Notes under the pieces: generated by a model
Told to the model about the DNA's origin: nothing
What the model saw: the letters and a program-made list of their open reading frames with translations, nothing else
Database searches by the model: none
Translations under genes and position numbers: made by a program
Assembly: GCF_963676685.1 (NCBI RefSeq)
Contig: NC_092345.1
Location: 96,906,001-96,970,000, forward strand
Direction: 5' to 3'
Length of the DNA stretch: 64,000 bases
Source: Mytilus edulis
Taxonomy: Eukaryota
Part shown: in pieces, positions 38,525 through 52,115 of the stretch
Layout: every line of letters begins with the position of its first letter
Position numbering within the stretch: position 1 is the stretch's first letter

Positions 38525-38861
38525 AACAGGCTATTATTTGAACTTGGAATTATTTTTAATTATGGAATTTGCTTGATTTCTTGTTATTGAAAATTTTAAT
38601 AAATTCCATGTTTATTCTGTACTGAAATGTTCTGTGTTGCGCACAACACTTTCTATTACAAAGAAAATAGTATATTTTCAATAGAATGTACTGTGCCGCG
38701 CACAACACTATCTAACCAAAATACATTGTACGGAAAGTGTTATTAATCGCTGAAAAGATTATAATACCAAATAAACATGGAATTTATTAAAAATTTTAAA
38801 CACAAGAAATTATGAAAATTCCATAATTAAAAATAATTCCAAGTTCAAATAATAGTCTGTT
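38525..38861. mobile_element. Foldback MITE with ~90-bp TIRs
   Basis: aacaggctattatttgaacttggaattatttttaattatggaattt ... aaattccataattaaaaataattccaagttcaaataatagtctgtt. Confidence 0.75.
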
Positions 38862-38984
38862 ACAAAGAAGACAGAATTATTGTAAATACAACAACATGGC
38901 TGACTTTTGGTACTGAACCTGTTAGAATTACCTTTGGCTAAACTTTAAGACATAAATTTATGTTTAATATCTAACCTGTGTTGA

Positions 38985-40574
38985 AACTAGAGGCTCTAAA
39001 GAGCCGGTGTCGCTCACCTTGGTCTATGTGCATATTAAACAAAGGACACAAATGGATTCATGACAAAATTGTATTTTGGTGATGGTGATGTGTTTGAAGT
39101 TCTTACTTTACTGAACGTTCTTGCTTCTTACAATTATATCTATAATGAACTTTGCCCATTAGTAACAGAGAAAAATATTTGGTAAAAATTTACATAAATT
39201 TACCAAATTAATTAAGGAATGACTGTAATATTTTTTCTGTCTATGAAGAAATAACATAAAAAATTTGGTGCACACTGAATAACGCGTGTAGCGGGTTATT
39301 TAACAGTGTGCACCACATTTTTTTATGTTATTTCGAATAGACAGAAAAAATATTACAGTCATTTCTTATAATTTAATTCTAAATTCCATTTTAAACCGTA
39401 GAAAACCATGAAAAAACGTTGATGATGTCACGGTCACATGACTAAATTATGTCTATGGGCTCATAACAAAATAACTTCAGCCAATAAGAAGACGTGTTAC
39501 ATCCAAAATTAAATTATTGAAAATTGTTAAAAATTGACTATAAAAGGCAATAACTCCTTAAGGGGTCAATTGTCCATTTAGGTCATGTTGACTTATTTGT
39601 AGATCTTACTTTGCTGAACATTATCGCTGTTTACAGTTTATCTCTATCTATAATAATATTCAAGATAATAAATAAAAACAGCAAAATTTCCTCAAAATTA
39701 CCGATTCAGGGGCAGCAACCCAACAACCAATTGACTGATTCATCTGAAAATTTCAGGGCAGATAGATCTTGACCTGATAAACATTTTTATCCGAGTCAGA
39801 TTTCCTCAAAATGCTTTGGTTTTTGAGTTATAAGCCAAAAACTGCATTTTACCCCTATGTTCTATTTTTAGCTGTGGCGGCCATCTTGGTTAGTTGACCA
39901 GGTCACGCCACACATTTTTTAAACTAGATACCCCAAAGATGATTGTGGCCAAGTTTGGATTAATTTGGCCCAGTAGTTTCAGAGGAGAAGATTTTTGTAA
40001 AAGATTACTTTAATTTACGAAAAATGGTTAGAAATTGACTATAAAGGGCAATAACTCCTAAACGGGTCAACTGACCATTTTGGTCATGTTGACTTATTTG
40101 TAGATCTTACTTTGCTGAACATTATTGCTGTGTACAGTTTATCTCTATCTATAATAATATTCAAGATAATAACCAAAAACAGCAAAATTTCCTCAAAATT
40201 ACCAATTCAGGGGCAGCAACCCAACAACCGATTGACCGATTCATCTGAAAATTTCAGGGCAGATAGATCTTGACCTGATAAACATTTTTATCCGTGTCAG
40301 ATTTGCTCTAAATGCTTTGGTTTTTGAGTTATAAGCCAAAAACTGCATTTTACCCCTATGTTCTATTTTTAGCTGTGGCGGCCATCTTGGTTGGTTGACC
40401 AGGTCACGCCACACATTTTTTAAACTAAATACCCCAATGATGATTGTGGCCAAGTTTGGTTTGATTTGGCCCAGTAGTTTCAGAGGAGAAGATTTTTGTA
40501 AAAGCTAACGCCGGACGATGCCGGACGCAAAGTGATGAGAAAAGCTCACTTGGCCCTTTGGGCCAGGTGAGCTA
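38985..40574 (-). mobile_element. HINE/Helentron-like element with ~500-bp internal tandem duplication and nested foldback element (39213-39517)
   Basis: Subterminal inverted repeats gctcacc, stem-loop aggctc-taaa-gagcc, gccggacg micro-repeat; 39530-40027 repeated downstream. Confidence 0.75.
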
Positions 40575-41164
40575 AAAAGAGATATATCTCAACTGTTTTA
40601 TTTTGAAAGTCAACAAGATATAAATGGTAAATGTATTTCAAAACAGACCTAAGCCCACAAATTTAACATTGACCAATGAACAATGAAAATGAGGGCAACG
40701 TAAGATTATACCTGACCGATAGGTATGTAGTTGTACACCTTACAATCATTCCATACACCAAATATAGTTGACCTAATGCTTATAAATAGTATTTGAAAAA
40801 CAGACACAACACACATCTTTATATTGACAAACAAACCATTAACATGAGGTCAAGGTCATATTAAACCTTTGAGACTGACATGTACCCTTTGCTATCCTTC
40901 CATACACCACAAATACATAACATAGCTGGCATACTACTTTAACTCTGAGAAACAGACCTTTTCATGTAACTTTAACCTTGATCAATGATTAATGGGGGCA
41001 AGGTCAATGTGAACTCTGTCTAACGGTGTGTAGAGGTTGCAAGGAACATAAGTACCAAATATTGTTATCCTATTATTCATATTAATGAGTGAAAAAATTC
41101 ACATGAAAAAAAATAAAATTCCAGCATTTGCTTAACAATTAAAATGAGATCAAGGACAATGGAT

Positions 41165-41412
41165 TGATTATTGGTCATGTTGGTGTTTTAAGTCCACTTT
41201 TTAGCGCTATTTTGGGGCAATTTAGTGCTGGAGGTAGAGTGCCCAGAGAAAAACATGACCTTCGATAGAAAAACTGACAATACTAGTCAATTAAATTTGG
41301 AGTTAAGTGAACCCCTCTGGAGCAGGGTTCAAACTCGAAACCTTAAGTTAGTGTTGACAGGCTAGTGATTTCAGTAGTAGAACTATATAGGCCACTTGGT
41401 CACCGAGTCCCC
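41165..41412 (-). mobile_element. Degenerate SINE-like repeat
   Basis: Minus strand has A-box-like ggtgaccaagtgg and B-box-like gagtttgaacc. Confidence 0.4.
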
Positions 41413-42830
41413 TCAAGGACAATGTACATATGATAGAAGATAAAATAGTAACATAAGGTATCTCCATACAAGGTATATTCAAGCATCTAGATCTTCTACT
41501 TTCTGAAATATAAATCTTTAAAAAAAACATTGCATCAGGTGCTTGTTGTAGCTGTATATCATATATTGTCATTACCAAAAACTTTTAAAGCAAGGATAAA
41601 GACAAATGAAAGATATCACTATTAAGTCAAACTAAAAACAACAATTATAAATAGATGTATTGTGACATTGCTGTATGAAATTTACTATGAATAGTTAATA
41701 CAGGCAAGGTTCTATTAGAGAAGATAGCAAGATTTCATAACAGCAGCTTAAATGTATAATGTTCTTTGTGCTTGCTTTCAGTAACTGGCTTTGAAATAGC
41801 TGTCTGTAACTGTGAAGACCCTCAGATTTTTACTTTATGTTTTTTTGTTGTTGGGATGTTCAAATGTACCAGTACCCTGTCACGTCCACGCTGATATTTT
41901 GTTATTATTTCTATTTGTATCCATCTGATGAATTGAGCCCTTTTCAACCATTTTTATAGTTTGTTCTTATGTTGTTCTATTTCACAACTGTCCCAGGTTA
42001 GGGGAGGGTTGAGATCCCGGTAACATGTTTAACCCCTGCCACATAATGTATGTATGTGTCTGTTCCAAGTCAGATGCCTGTAATTCAGTAGTTATCATTT
42101 GTATCTCTGTTACATATTAGTTTGCATTCAATTTTGTTTGTACATTAATAATAAGGCTGTTAGTTTTCTCGTTTGAATTGTTTTAATACATTTGTCATTT
42201 CAAGGCCTTTTAAGGCGGACTATGTGTTATAGGCTTTGCCTACTGTTAAAGGCTGTATGGTGGCCTATAGTTAATTTCTGTGCTATTTGGTTTATTGTCC
42301 TTAAAATCTGTATTACTTCATAAAAAGTTAAAATTTTAGGTAATACCTATGATGTCTATAAGTTTTCAGGTTCATATTCAATTAGTCTGAGATTACTCTG
42401 ATGTTGTAAAGCAAAATTATATCCGGGTGAAATTTGATCCGGAGGAAAAAATGTTACAGTAGTTTTTTTATCCGGAGGAAAATATTTCCCTGGATATTTT
42501 TTACTTTGCCGTGAAATTCTATCTGGGTAGTGAACTTAGTGAATAGTCATGATAGTTAATAGCAAAAAATTATCTTTTACAAATACTATGAAATAATAAT
42601 AGTGTATTTGAATTAAACCTATTTTGTTCAGAAAAAAAGTATTATAATGGGAATTATTTCACAAATTATCATAGAAAAAATTTCCTGAAAAAATCAAGTA
42701 AATATCATTCTTTTAAAAACAGAAAATTATCATTAAACATAAGAAAGAAAACCAGAAATAATTTCAAAGATGGTAACTGTGAAATAATATCATGATTAAA
42801 TAAGGTAAGTGAAATACATGCAAAAGTAAA

Positions 42831-44628
42831 GACGGGTTATCCGTTAAAATACTGAAATTGGCAAAACCAGCAGTTGTGACACCAATAACAAAATTAATAA
42901 ACAAATCTATTGAGCACTCTGTATTTCCAGACAAACTTAAAGAGGCTCAAGTGGTGCCACTTCACAAGAAGAATAGTCAACTGGAAGTTGGCAACTATAG
43001 GCCAGTCAGTATTTTACCTGTTGTATCAAAGTTTTTCGAGAGAGCCATCTTCAAGCAGCTAGTTGATTTTTTTCAAAATATATTTCACCCATATCTGTCT
43101 GCCTTTAGAGCAGGATACGGCTGCCAGACAGCACTTTTGAAAATCATTGAGGATTGGAAGAAGGCTATTGATGATAATCAATATATTGCTGCTGTGTTGA
43201 TGGACCTCTCGAAAGCCTTTGATTGTCTTCCTCATGATTTGCTAATTTTAAAACTAAAGGCATATGGGTTATCGGAAACAGCTTTAAGTTTAATAGACAG
43301 CTATTTAAGTAAAAGAAAACAATGTGTAAAAGTTGGTATAGATATTAGTACCTGGAAAGATATATATAAAGGTGTGCCGCAAGGCTCTATATTAGGACCT
43401 GTACTTTTTAACATTTTCTTGAATGACATTTTTCATTTTGTTTCAAACAGTTCATTGTATAATTATGCAGATGACAATACTTTATCATATTCACACTCTG
43501 ATATAGACACTGTGGTAAATATTTTAGAAAAAGAAAGCTTAGAGCTAATAAATTGGTTCAGTCTAAATCATATGAAGGCCAACACTGACAAATTTCAGGC
43601 AATAGCCATAGGCAAGAAAACTGAAAATAAAAACATTTCATTTAATTTAGATGGTAATATTATACATTGTGAAAAAGAAGTAAAATTATTGGGTGTAACA
43701 ATTGATTATCAACTTAAGTTTGATGCCCATATTTCCAATATTTGTAAAAAGGCATCAAGACAATTACATGTACTTAAACGTATTGGTAAAAATTTAACAA
43801 AATTAGGTAGACTTACTATATATTATTCATTTATAATGTCAAATTTTAATTATTGTCCTGTAATATGGCACTTCTGTGGTGAGTGTAACACCAGAAAAAT
43901 AGAGAAAATACAGGAGCGTGCCCTTAGATTTATATATGAAGACTATTGTAGTACAAAATGTACCTATGAACAACTATTAATTAAATCAAAATTACCAAGC
44001 TTAGAAATCAGAAGAATTAGAATGATAGCAATAGAGGTCTATAAAATTATTAATAAACAATGTCCATTATATCTACATGAACTTATTGAAATAAAAAAAT
44101 GTAATTACTCTTTTAGATATAACAACATAGCAGATGTTCCCAGGGTAAGGACAACTACCCATGGGCTACACTCATTTAGATATGCAGGAGCCAAACTCTG
44201 GAACGAACTGCCAAATAAAATGAGGGACGAAATGCCATTGGGTCAGTTCAAAAGTTTGGTTGGTAATTGGGAGGGCAGTTCGTGTCAGTGTTCCTCCTGC
44301 AGATCTCAATGAGCTGTAGATCAGTTTATTTATTTATCATGTATACTCTGGCTTTTAAATTATTTGGCATAATTTTTTTATATGTGTTCTTAATGCTTGA
44401 ATTACTTTTAGTGCTTTATAATTGCTATTGCATGAATGTTAGTTTATCTGCATTTTATGTTTGCTTATATGCTTTAATTGTGCTAATTAATTGTTGTGCT
44501 TGATAACATTATTTATTTTGCATGTTTTATGTGTTTTATGTATTGTGCTTGTCTTATATGTATGTCGGATAAAAGCTCTACAGAGCTTATGTTGTATTGT
44601 TATATGTATAACCGACTTTAAATAAATC
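42831..44628 (+). mobile_element. 5'-truncated CR1/L2-group LINE in DDX11 intron 1 (antisense)
   Basis: RT ORF followed by a ~320-bp T-rich 3' UTR ending in aataaatc. Confidence 0.85.
42858..44312 (+). CDS. Non-LTR retrotransposon reverse transcriptase (endonuclease domain missing)
   Basis: NYRPVSILP, DLSKAFD, GVPQGSILGP, YADD, KLLGV, KLWN.LP, C-terminal CQCSSC; uninterrupted. Confidence 0.92.
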   Translation: MAKPAVVTPITKLINKSIEHSVFPDKLKEAQVVPLHKKNSQLEVGNYRPVSILPVVSKFFERAIFKQLVDFFQNIFHPYLSAFRAGYGCQTALLKIIEDWKKAIDDNQYIAAVLMDLSKAFDCLPHDLLILKLKAYGLSETALSLIDSYLSKRKQCVKVGIDISTWKDIYKGVPQGSILGPVLFNIFLNDIFHFVSNSSLYNYADDNTLSYSHSDIDTVVNILEKESLELINWFSLNHMKANTDKFQAIAIGKKTENKNISFNLDGNIIHCEKEVKLLGVTIDYQLKFDAHISNICKKASRQLHVLKRIGKNLTKLGRLTIYYSFIMSNFNYCPVIWHFCGECNTRKIEKIQERALRFIYEDYCSTKCTYEQLLIKSKLPSLEIRRIRMIAIEVYKIINKQCPLYLHELIEIKKCNYSFRYNNIADVPRVRTTTHGLHSFRYAGAKLWNELPNKMRDEMPLGQFKSLVGNWEGSSCQCSSCRSQ

Positions 44629-45252
44629 TTTTATGCTTAAGTGAGTTGTTTTCAGATCTCAGTACAAATATAAATCAAAACCGTTAACGTAAAGCCTACA
44701 GGTGGAAATATAGTTGCATTACTACTGTTAACAGTAATGGAAGAATTTGATTATGATAATATTTTTGCCATAAAAAACACTGTGACAAATTATCCTCAGG
44801 ATACAATATCACAGAGGAAGAAATAAACCGTTACAATGACACAAAGCTGTTTTGTCAGACAAGCTGGAGTTACACAGCCTCAGCTTGTCTGGCAAAACAG
44901 TCTTTGCACTTCAGAATAATCTCGGACTTATATTAGATTGATCATATGGAGTTCTTTGGAGATCTCAGGAAAACCTTGTCCCTGTATTAAATTATGCAAC
45001 GAGTCTGATGTTAATTTTGTAGTGATATTGCCATTATTGGTAGAAGATATATTTGTCACACAACAGCCAAAAGGAATATGTGACGTACCCATCCATATAC
45101 AGAAGTGGGAAATACAGATCTATATTGATAATGATGCTCAGAAGGGGTGTGGTTACATTTCATTCATTGGGCGTCCCAGAAAAAAAATAAAATAGCCTTG
45201 CCAGACGTCATATTTGGCAGATAAACATGATAAATGTGGAATTATTTTGTAC

Positions 45253-45325
45253 CAGTACATGTTCTTGTTTCTGTAAGCGGAACAGACAATAATAAATCAT
45301 TGACATCGTCGTCAAAGTCATCCAT
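45253..45325 (-). CDS. DDX11: Putative DDX11 coding exon 1 (MDDFDDDVNDLLLSVPLTETRTCT)
   Basis: ATG in gtcATGG context; 73 nt ends in phase 1 matching the exon 2 acceptor; the donor gtacaa is weak and the peptide shows no recognisable homology. Confidence 0.5.
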
Positions 45326-46187
45326 GACCACTGACTCAGAAGTAGTCACATTACTGAACAGGAATTACTGCAAACTTATATTTTTACTACTTTCACTTCT
45401 TAAATTTGGCGCCATTTAAATTAAGTTATCTCCCATGTGATCCTGATCATGATCCAAAATAACTAATTACCAACAGTAAAGTTAAAGTAACAGTATACAT
45501 TAACTTTCCCATTTGTCTACAAATTTACCAAAAAAATCTATTACCAAGAGTTTAGATATCACTTTGAAATTAAAAAAACATCCTTGAGTTGATATAGATA
45601 ATTTCCCATAAATTTTTTCACTCAAAGAGTCTTCAACAACAGACAAATTCCATACAATGTGAAGCTTTATATTTCCAAGCCTTTATTTTATGTTACATTC
45701 TAAAAAAATGTATAATTATGTGCAGTCATCTCAAAATGTCAAGGTTTGCTTAAAGACAAGTTACTGCTAACAATGTACTTAACCCTAGACAAGAAAATAC
45801 ACTAAACTAGTTTTTTTTAAGTTATGAATCGATCCCCCTTTTTAACTCAGTCAGTGAAAAGGTGCCCTCAGTCACCTACACTAAACCTGCTGATACAAAA
45901 GTGTGGTTTTACTTTCACGATTGAATTTGTATTGAAAGTCTGTAATATGAAAGTTTTACAAAAAAAAGAATTACATACAATTATCATTATCAATAGTCCA
46001 TGAAAATGTTGTCAAGATCAGACAAACCATGCTAGACAGACATGTACACCTTACAATCATTCCCTTCATCAAATACAAAGGATTAATTTCTTAATACATG
46101 AAATACCTGAGAAACAGACAAAACCACAAACACTTAATATTGACAAATAAACCATAATATTAGGCTAACGTCAGGGGAACCCTGTAA

Positions 46188-47253
46188 CAGGGCCGTAACC
46201 AGGGGTTGAATTCAGGGGAGGCATGGGTTTTGGGCCGCCGATTGAGGCCCCTTGGATAGGGGTTGGGGACAGAGCCCCGGCGGATTTTTTCCCACTATAA
46301 AATGGCTAAAAATTGCCTGTTTTCCTTAAGACTCCTCAGTATTGCTTGAACCTGGGAGCAATTTTTATGCAAAAACAAACTGAGATTGCTGTTAGGGGTT
46401 AGCCAAGGCTGTGTCTTGGAAGCCGTACTTTGAACTATAATCATTAACATTAAATATATTGTGACCGCCGATTTTCTCTCTCTCTCAATAAAATGGCTTA
46501 AAATTACCCGTTTTCCTTCGATTTCCCTACTTTAAGACTCATCAGGGAGACTTGAACATGGAAACAATTTGTTTTGCAAACGATTATTATCTGTTTTTAA
46601 AGATATTTTTGTTAGAAATCAAACTGGTAAGTTAAAAAAATTATATAGGCCTAAAGCAAGATATTCAGTAGAACGCAAAATATTTTTTTTTTATCGAGGA
46701 CCTTGAATTTCAATATCGTAGAAAGCTGAACAGACATGTATAGAACTACAACGAATGGGAGTGTTTTACTACTAAGGCATTTACCATAATGTTCTCGTAC
46801 GATCGGGAGACGTACTGTCTGACTAGACACGTTACAAAAATATCCAACAGCTGATTCAGCAGGTAACGAATTTCCGATATCATAAAAGATTCACAATACA
46901 AAGGGAACTTCCTCTGCTTAATTCAGCCCCTAAATAAATGTGATTAGTTTTATTTAAAATTGTGGAAAGCCAAGTTTCTTATGCGTTCTCGTACAACATA
47001 GGAAATATTGAATAACAGATGGAAGGCCACATAACACAAAATACTGAAACAAATACTAAAATGGTTCACCGTTTCGATCAAAAATCCGGAAAATGACATA
47101 TCATGATATCACTGTTAACACTGTAAACATGTGTATTCAAGTTCTTCGTGTAGGACTACATATATTGTTAATATTTCATTTAATACAATTTTTGGTGTAG
47201 AAAATTCAGGGGAGGCAGTTGCCTCGCCTGCCTCATAGGTAGTTACGGCCCTG
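46188..47253. mobile_element. Non-autonomous CAG-ended DNA transposon with 5-bp TSD (hAT5-like)
   Basis: tgtaa|CAGGGCCGTAAC ... GTTACGGCCCTG|tgtaa; aattcaggggaggca repeated near both ends. Confidence 0.8.
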
Positions 47254-47254
47254 T

Positions 47255-48240
47255 GTAAGATAGACTTGTACACCCTTGTAATAAATTAATTCACCAATTT
47301 AAAGACTTAACCAATTGCTCATAGTATTTGATTAACAGACAAAATCCTAAAACTATACATTAACCAATGGATCATGAAATTGAGGCCAAGGTCATATGAA
47401 ACTTGTCAGATGAACATTCACATCTTACAATCATTTATTACACCAAACAAGGATTTGTATAGTAAGACTTTAATACTATACAAATCCTTGCACCAAATAT
47501 AGTGTCACTTTGTCTGTTTGTCTTTTTTTTTAACCATGGTGTTGTCAGTTTATTTTCGATCTGAGTTTGAATCTCACTCTGGTATCTTTTGCCCCTCTTT
47601 TACCTAATGCTTATGGTATATGATAAACTGACAATATCATGAAAACTTAAAATCGAATAATGAACCTTGAAAATGAGGTCAAGGTTACAGGAACCTTCAG
47701 ATAGAAATATACATCTTACAATCATTTATCAATTCAAATACAATGACCATATTGCTGATATTATGTGACAATAGACTGAACACCAAAAACTGAACATTGT
47801 CTAAAGAACCTTGAAAAAGAGGTCAAGGTCAGATGAAATATGTCAGTCGGAAATGAGCACTTTACATACCCAAAATATAGATGACCTATTGTGTATAGTT
47901 TCTTAGATAGAGACTTTACCACAACAATTTAATCCATGAAATGAGATTGATGGCAGGTGAACCCTGTCTAAGGGACATGTAGATCTTTCAAGGACCTCAT
48001 GAACCAAATATAGTTAAAAATATGACTCATTATGGTGGGTCAGTGAGAAATTCACCTAACAAAAATCTATAATTTTTTCCAAGCAGTCACTAAACAATGA
48101 AAATGAGGTAAAAAAATATGACAGACAGTATATCTTCATAACATAAGGTAATTATCTGCATACAAAGTATGATGCATCCAGATGTTTTTTGGACTGAAAT
48201 GAAAAGCTTTTTACAAATAGTAAATTACGCTGCCGCCATG
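47255..48240. repeat. Degenerate ~130-bp repeat family (aaatgaggtcaaggtca...caccaaatatagttgacctattg)
   Basis: Also present at ~31490-32160, 40650-41520, 45995-46187 and 54180-54420. Confidence 0.6.
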
Positions 48241-48598
48241 AGATTGTTATATCTGCTTAGCATTCTGCCTCCAATTATTTGTGCAAATTCATAAGAATTG
48301 ATCATCCAAAAAAGAAGGGGGGGGGGGGGGGGTCCCAACCCTCTCAACATTCCCTCTGGGTCTCTCGGTGACAATGGACACTGACAAAATTGTGGACTAG
48401 AATAGAATTCATGATAGAAATCACTTTTTTGTTGATCTTGTAGAGCTAATTTTTTTTCTGTTTTTATATATTTGTAGATCTTGTCTTGCTGATCATTTTT
48501 AATGTTTAATGTTTATATTCTTTTATTCAGGCAGTTTTTAAGATAGAAGGAAAAAGTGCACAACATTGGTAAAAATTGTCATTCGAAAGCAAGAACTA

Positions 48599-49784
48599 AA
48601 CTAGAGGCTCTAAAGAGCCTGTGTCGCTCACCTTGGTCTATGTGAATATTAAACAAAGGAAGCAGATGGATTCATGACAAAATTGTGTTTTGGTGATGGT
48701 GATGTGTGTGTACATCTTACTTTACTGAACATTCTTGCTGCTTACAATTATCTCTATCTATAATGAACTTGGCCCAGTAGTTTCAGTGGAAAATGTTAGT
48801 AAAAATTTACAAATTTAGCGGGTCAATTGACCATTTCAGTCAAGTTGACTTATTTGTAAATCTTACTTTGCTGTACATTATTGCTGTTTACAGTTTATCT
48901 CTATCTATAATAATATTCAAGATTATAACCCAAAACAGTAAAGTTTCCTTAAAATTACCAATTTAGGGGCAGCAACCCAACAACGGGTTGTCCCATTCAT
49001 CTGAAAATTTCAAGGCAGATAGATCTTGACCTGATAAACAATTTTACCCATGTCAGATTTGCTCTAAATGCTTCAGTTTTTGAGTTATAAGCCAAAAACT
49101 GCATTTTACCCCTATGTTCTATTTTTAGCCATGGCGACCATCTTGGTTGGATGGCCGGGTCACCGGACACATTTTTTAAAACTAGATACCCCAAAGATGA
49201 TTGTGGTCAAGTTTGGATTAGTTTGGCCCAGTAGTTTCAGAGGAGAGGATTTTTGTAAAAGATTACTAAGATTTACGAAAAATGGTTAAAAATTGACTAT
49301 AAAGAGCAATAACTCCTAAAGGGGTCAACTGACCATTTCGGTCATGTTGACTTATTTGTAAATCTTACTTTGCTGAACATTATTGCTGTTTACAGTTTAT
49401 CTCTATCTATAATAATATTCAAGATAATAACCAAAAACAGTTAAATTTCCTTTAAATTACCAATTTAGGGGCAGCAATCCAACAACTGGTTGTCCGATTC
49501 ATCTGAAAATTTCAGGACAGATAGATCTTGACCTGATAAACAATTTTACCTTGTCAGATTTGCTCTTAATGCTTTGGTTTTTGAGTTACAAGCCAAAAAC
49601 TGCATTTTACCTATTTTTAGCCATGGCGGCCATCTTGGTTGGTTGGCCGGTCACCGGACACATATTTTAAACTAAATACCCCAATGATGATTGTGGCCAA
49701 GTTTGGATTAATGCAGGACGCCGGACGACGCCGGACGCAAAGTGATGGGAAAAGCTCACTTGGCCCTTCGGGCCAGGTGAGCTA
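48599..49784 (-). mobile_element. HINE/Helentron-like element (family of 38985)
   Basis: Same termini and duplicated internal unit. Confidence 0.75.
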
Positions 49785-49962
49785 AACAAGGAGTCATTTA
49801 ATGATTTCAGGCTATCATGAAAAATAAATAGGGTAATTCCTCATTTAAGGACAATAACTCCTATATGAGTTTGCCTCAACGTTTTTTATGTAAACGGACA
49901 ATAGGTAGATCTCATTTTTTGAAAATTTCTGCCCCTGTCAATGTATTCTCAGGATAATAAAA

Positions 49963-50370
49963 CTAGAATACATGTGTATGTCCAAAGTACACGGATGCCT
50001 AACTCGCACTATCATTTTCTATGTTCAGTGGACTGTAAAATTGGGGCGAAAAATCGAATTTGGCATTTAAATTAGAAAGATCATATCATAACATATGTAC
50101 TAAGTTTCAAGTTAATTGGACTTCATCTTCATCAAAAACTACCTTGAACAAAAACTTTAACATGAAACTTAAACTATCATTTTCTATGTTCAGTAGACCA
50201 TGAAATTGGGGTCAAATATTTAATTTGGTATTTCAATTAGAAAGATCATATCATAGGGTACATTTGTACTAAGTTTCAAGTTGATTGGATTTCAACTTCA
50301 TCACAAATACCTTGACCTAAAATTTTAACCTGAAGCGGGACAGACGGTAGAACGTATAGACAGACACCCT
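49963..50370. mobile_element. HINE/DTC84-like element with two ~170-bp units
   Basis: Inverted homologue of 1-202; cagac micro-repeat tail. Confidence 0.6.
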
Positions 50371-52061
50371 GTCGCAAAGACCCGAAAAAAGATGCATTTT
50401 ATCCCTATTTCTATTTTTAGCAGTGTTGGTGATATTGGTTGGAAGGCCATGGACATTGAATACATTTCTGTTTTTACTAGATTCCCCAATAATGAGTGTG
50501 GCCAAGTTTGGATTAACACAAACAGAAGACTAATGCCCAGTGATGAGAAAAGCTTGGTGAGCTTGAAAAAGTAGAGTAGCTATCAGATTTATTTTTAGGA
50601 GTAAATTACATGTAACATAATGGACTTCAAAGTATCATGTATGTTTCTAAATCTAAAAATGTGTAAGAATGGATGAAAGTTGCCAAGTGATGAGAAAAGC
50701 TTTCTGGCTTTACATTATGTGAACCAGTTATTATATTTAAAGTTTTTATGTAATAATTTCTGGCAGAAAAACAGAACTATTATAAACTTTATCAATAAAT
50801 TTAATAAAGATAGGCAGAAATCTAAGAGTAAAATATAGAACTGTGTAAAATATCAAATAATATTGTACAACCTAAAGTTGTGCAGAACACATATAAAGTG
50901 ACTATTTACAGAAAATATAAAGTTACATGTATAGATAATATAATCTAAAATTGCAGATTTACATTTAAGCATTCAACATCATTAAACATCTCCAAATATC
51001 ATAAATATATGCAACTGTTAATTGTTAAGTAAGATGTCTCCTTGAGTAATTTATTATTTTGTCATATTTCAGATACTGTAAAAATCTAAAATTTGGGACA
51101 CAAAAACAGTAGTTCAGCAATAACTAATGTTTTGTTTGAATGTAATGTTCTAGTTTTCTGAATTTTAAAACTCCAAACTTTTAAATTTTGTGTAAGGAAA
51201 TCTCTAGCATTAATCCAAACATATTATTTTCAGGCACTATATTGCAAAATGTACTACAGATGGGAGATAACTCTGTAACCAAACTACAACATCTTTACAC
51301 TTGAGCTTCAATAGACAAATAAATATATAATAGCTGTTGGACTAATACATATATCCTTTAAATATGAAATAAAAATAAAAGGACCTGGAAATATATCATA
51401 TTGCCATAAAAAATGAGAGTTAAGTAAGGTCATTATCAAGAAATATGAACCGTTTTCAAAAATAGAAGGTTATTTACCAAGTAGAAAAATTGGCAGTTTA
51501 AGACCATTACAATTCAAGTCCTTTGATAGAATATTTCATATCTAAATAAATAAACTGAGACCATTGCATGGACCTACAACATTTATAAAACATAAGAAAA
51601 TAAGAAAGATGACTAAAAAAATCTCTGCATAACAGTTTTTTGCTAATTTAAAAAAATCACCAAACTAGCAAGTATTATTGCAATACAAACTAATTTAATA
51701 GTATATATATTTTATAAATATTTTTTATTTTTCAATAAAAAAAATTGTAAAATTACAATTGTAGTCTACAACTGATTATTTCAATTGTAACACACACTGC
51801 ATTTGCACTATTTGGGTATATTAATGAACTTAATACTCATTAAAACAATTTTAATTCATCTGTTGGGTTAGGCAAAACAATTACCATCAAAATCTGCCAC
51901 TAGTTGTTGTCTATTTACCGTCAAATGCAGGAAGAATACAATTTTTCATTTACAAGTGAATTTAAAATCATAAGTGCAGAGTATTGCACCTACTAATTAG
52001 CTAGCAGATTTTATAATATAATAACAATTAAATAACAATGATTGTCACATAGCCATCAATA

Positions 52062-52115
52062 TCACAGTTTCTTTGCTTGTCCTTCACAAATCAGTGTTCT
52101 GAAACAGTCCCTCAT
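52062..52115 (-). CDS. EFCAB1: EFCAB1 exon 7 (MRDCFRTLICEGQAKKL*)
   Basis: ttacag| acceptor, phase 0; gives a 213-aa total protein. Confidence 0.7.
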   Translation of the reverse strand: MRDCFRTLICEGQAKKL

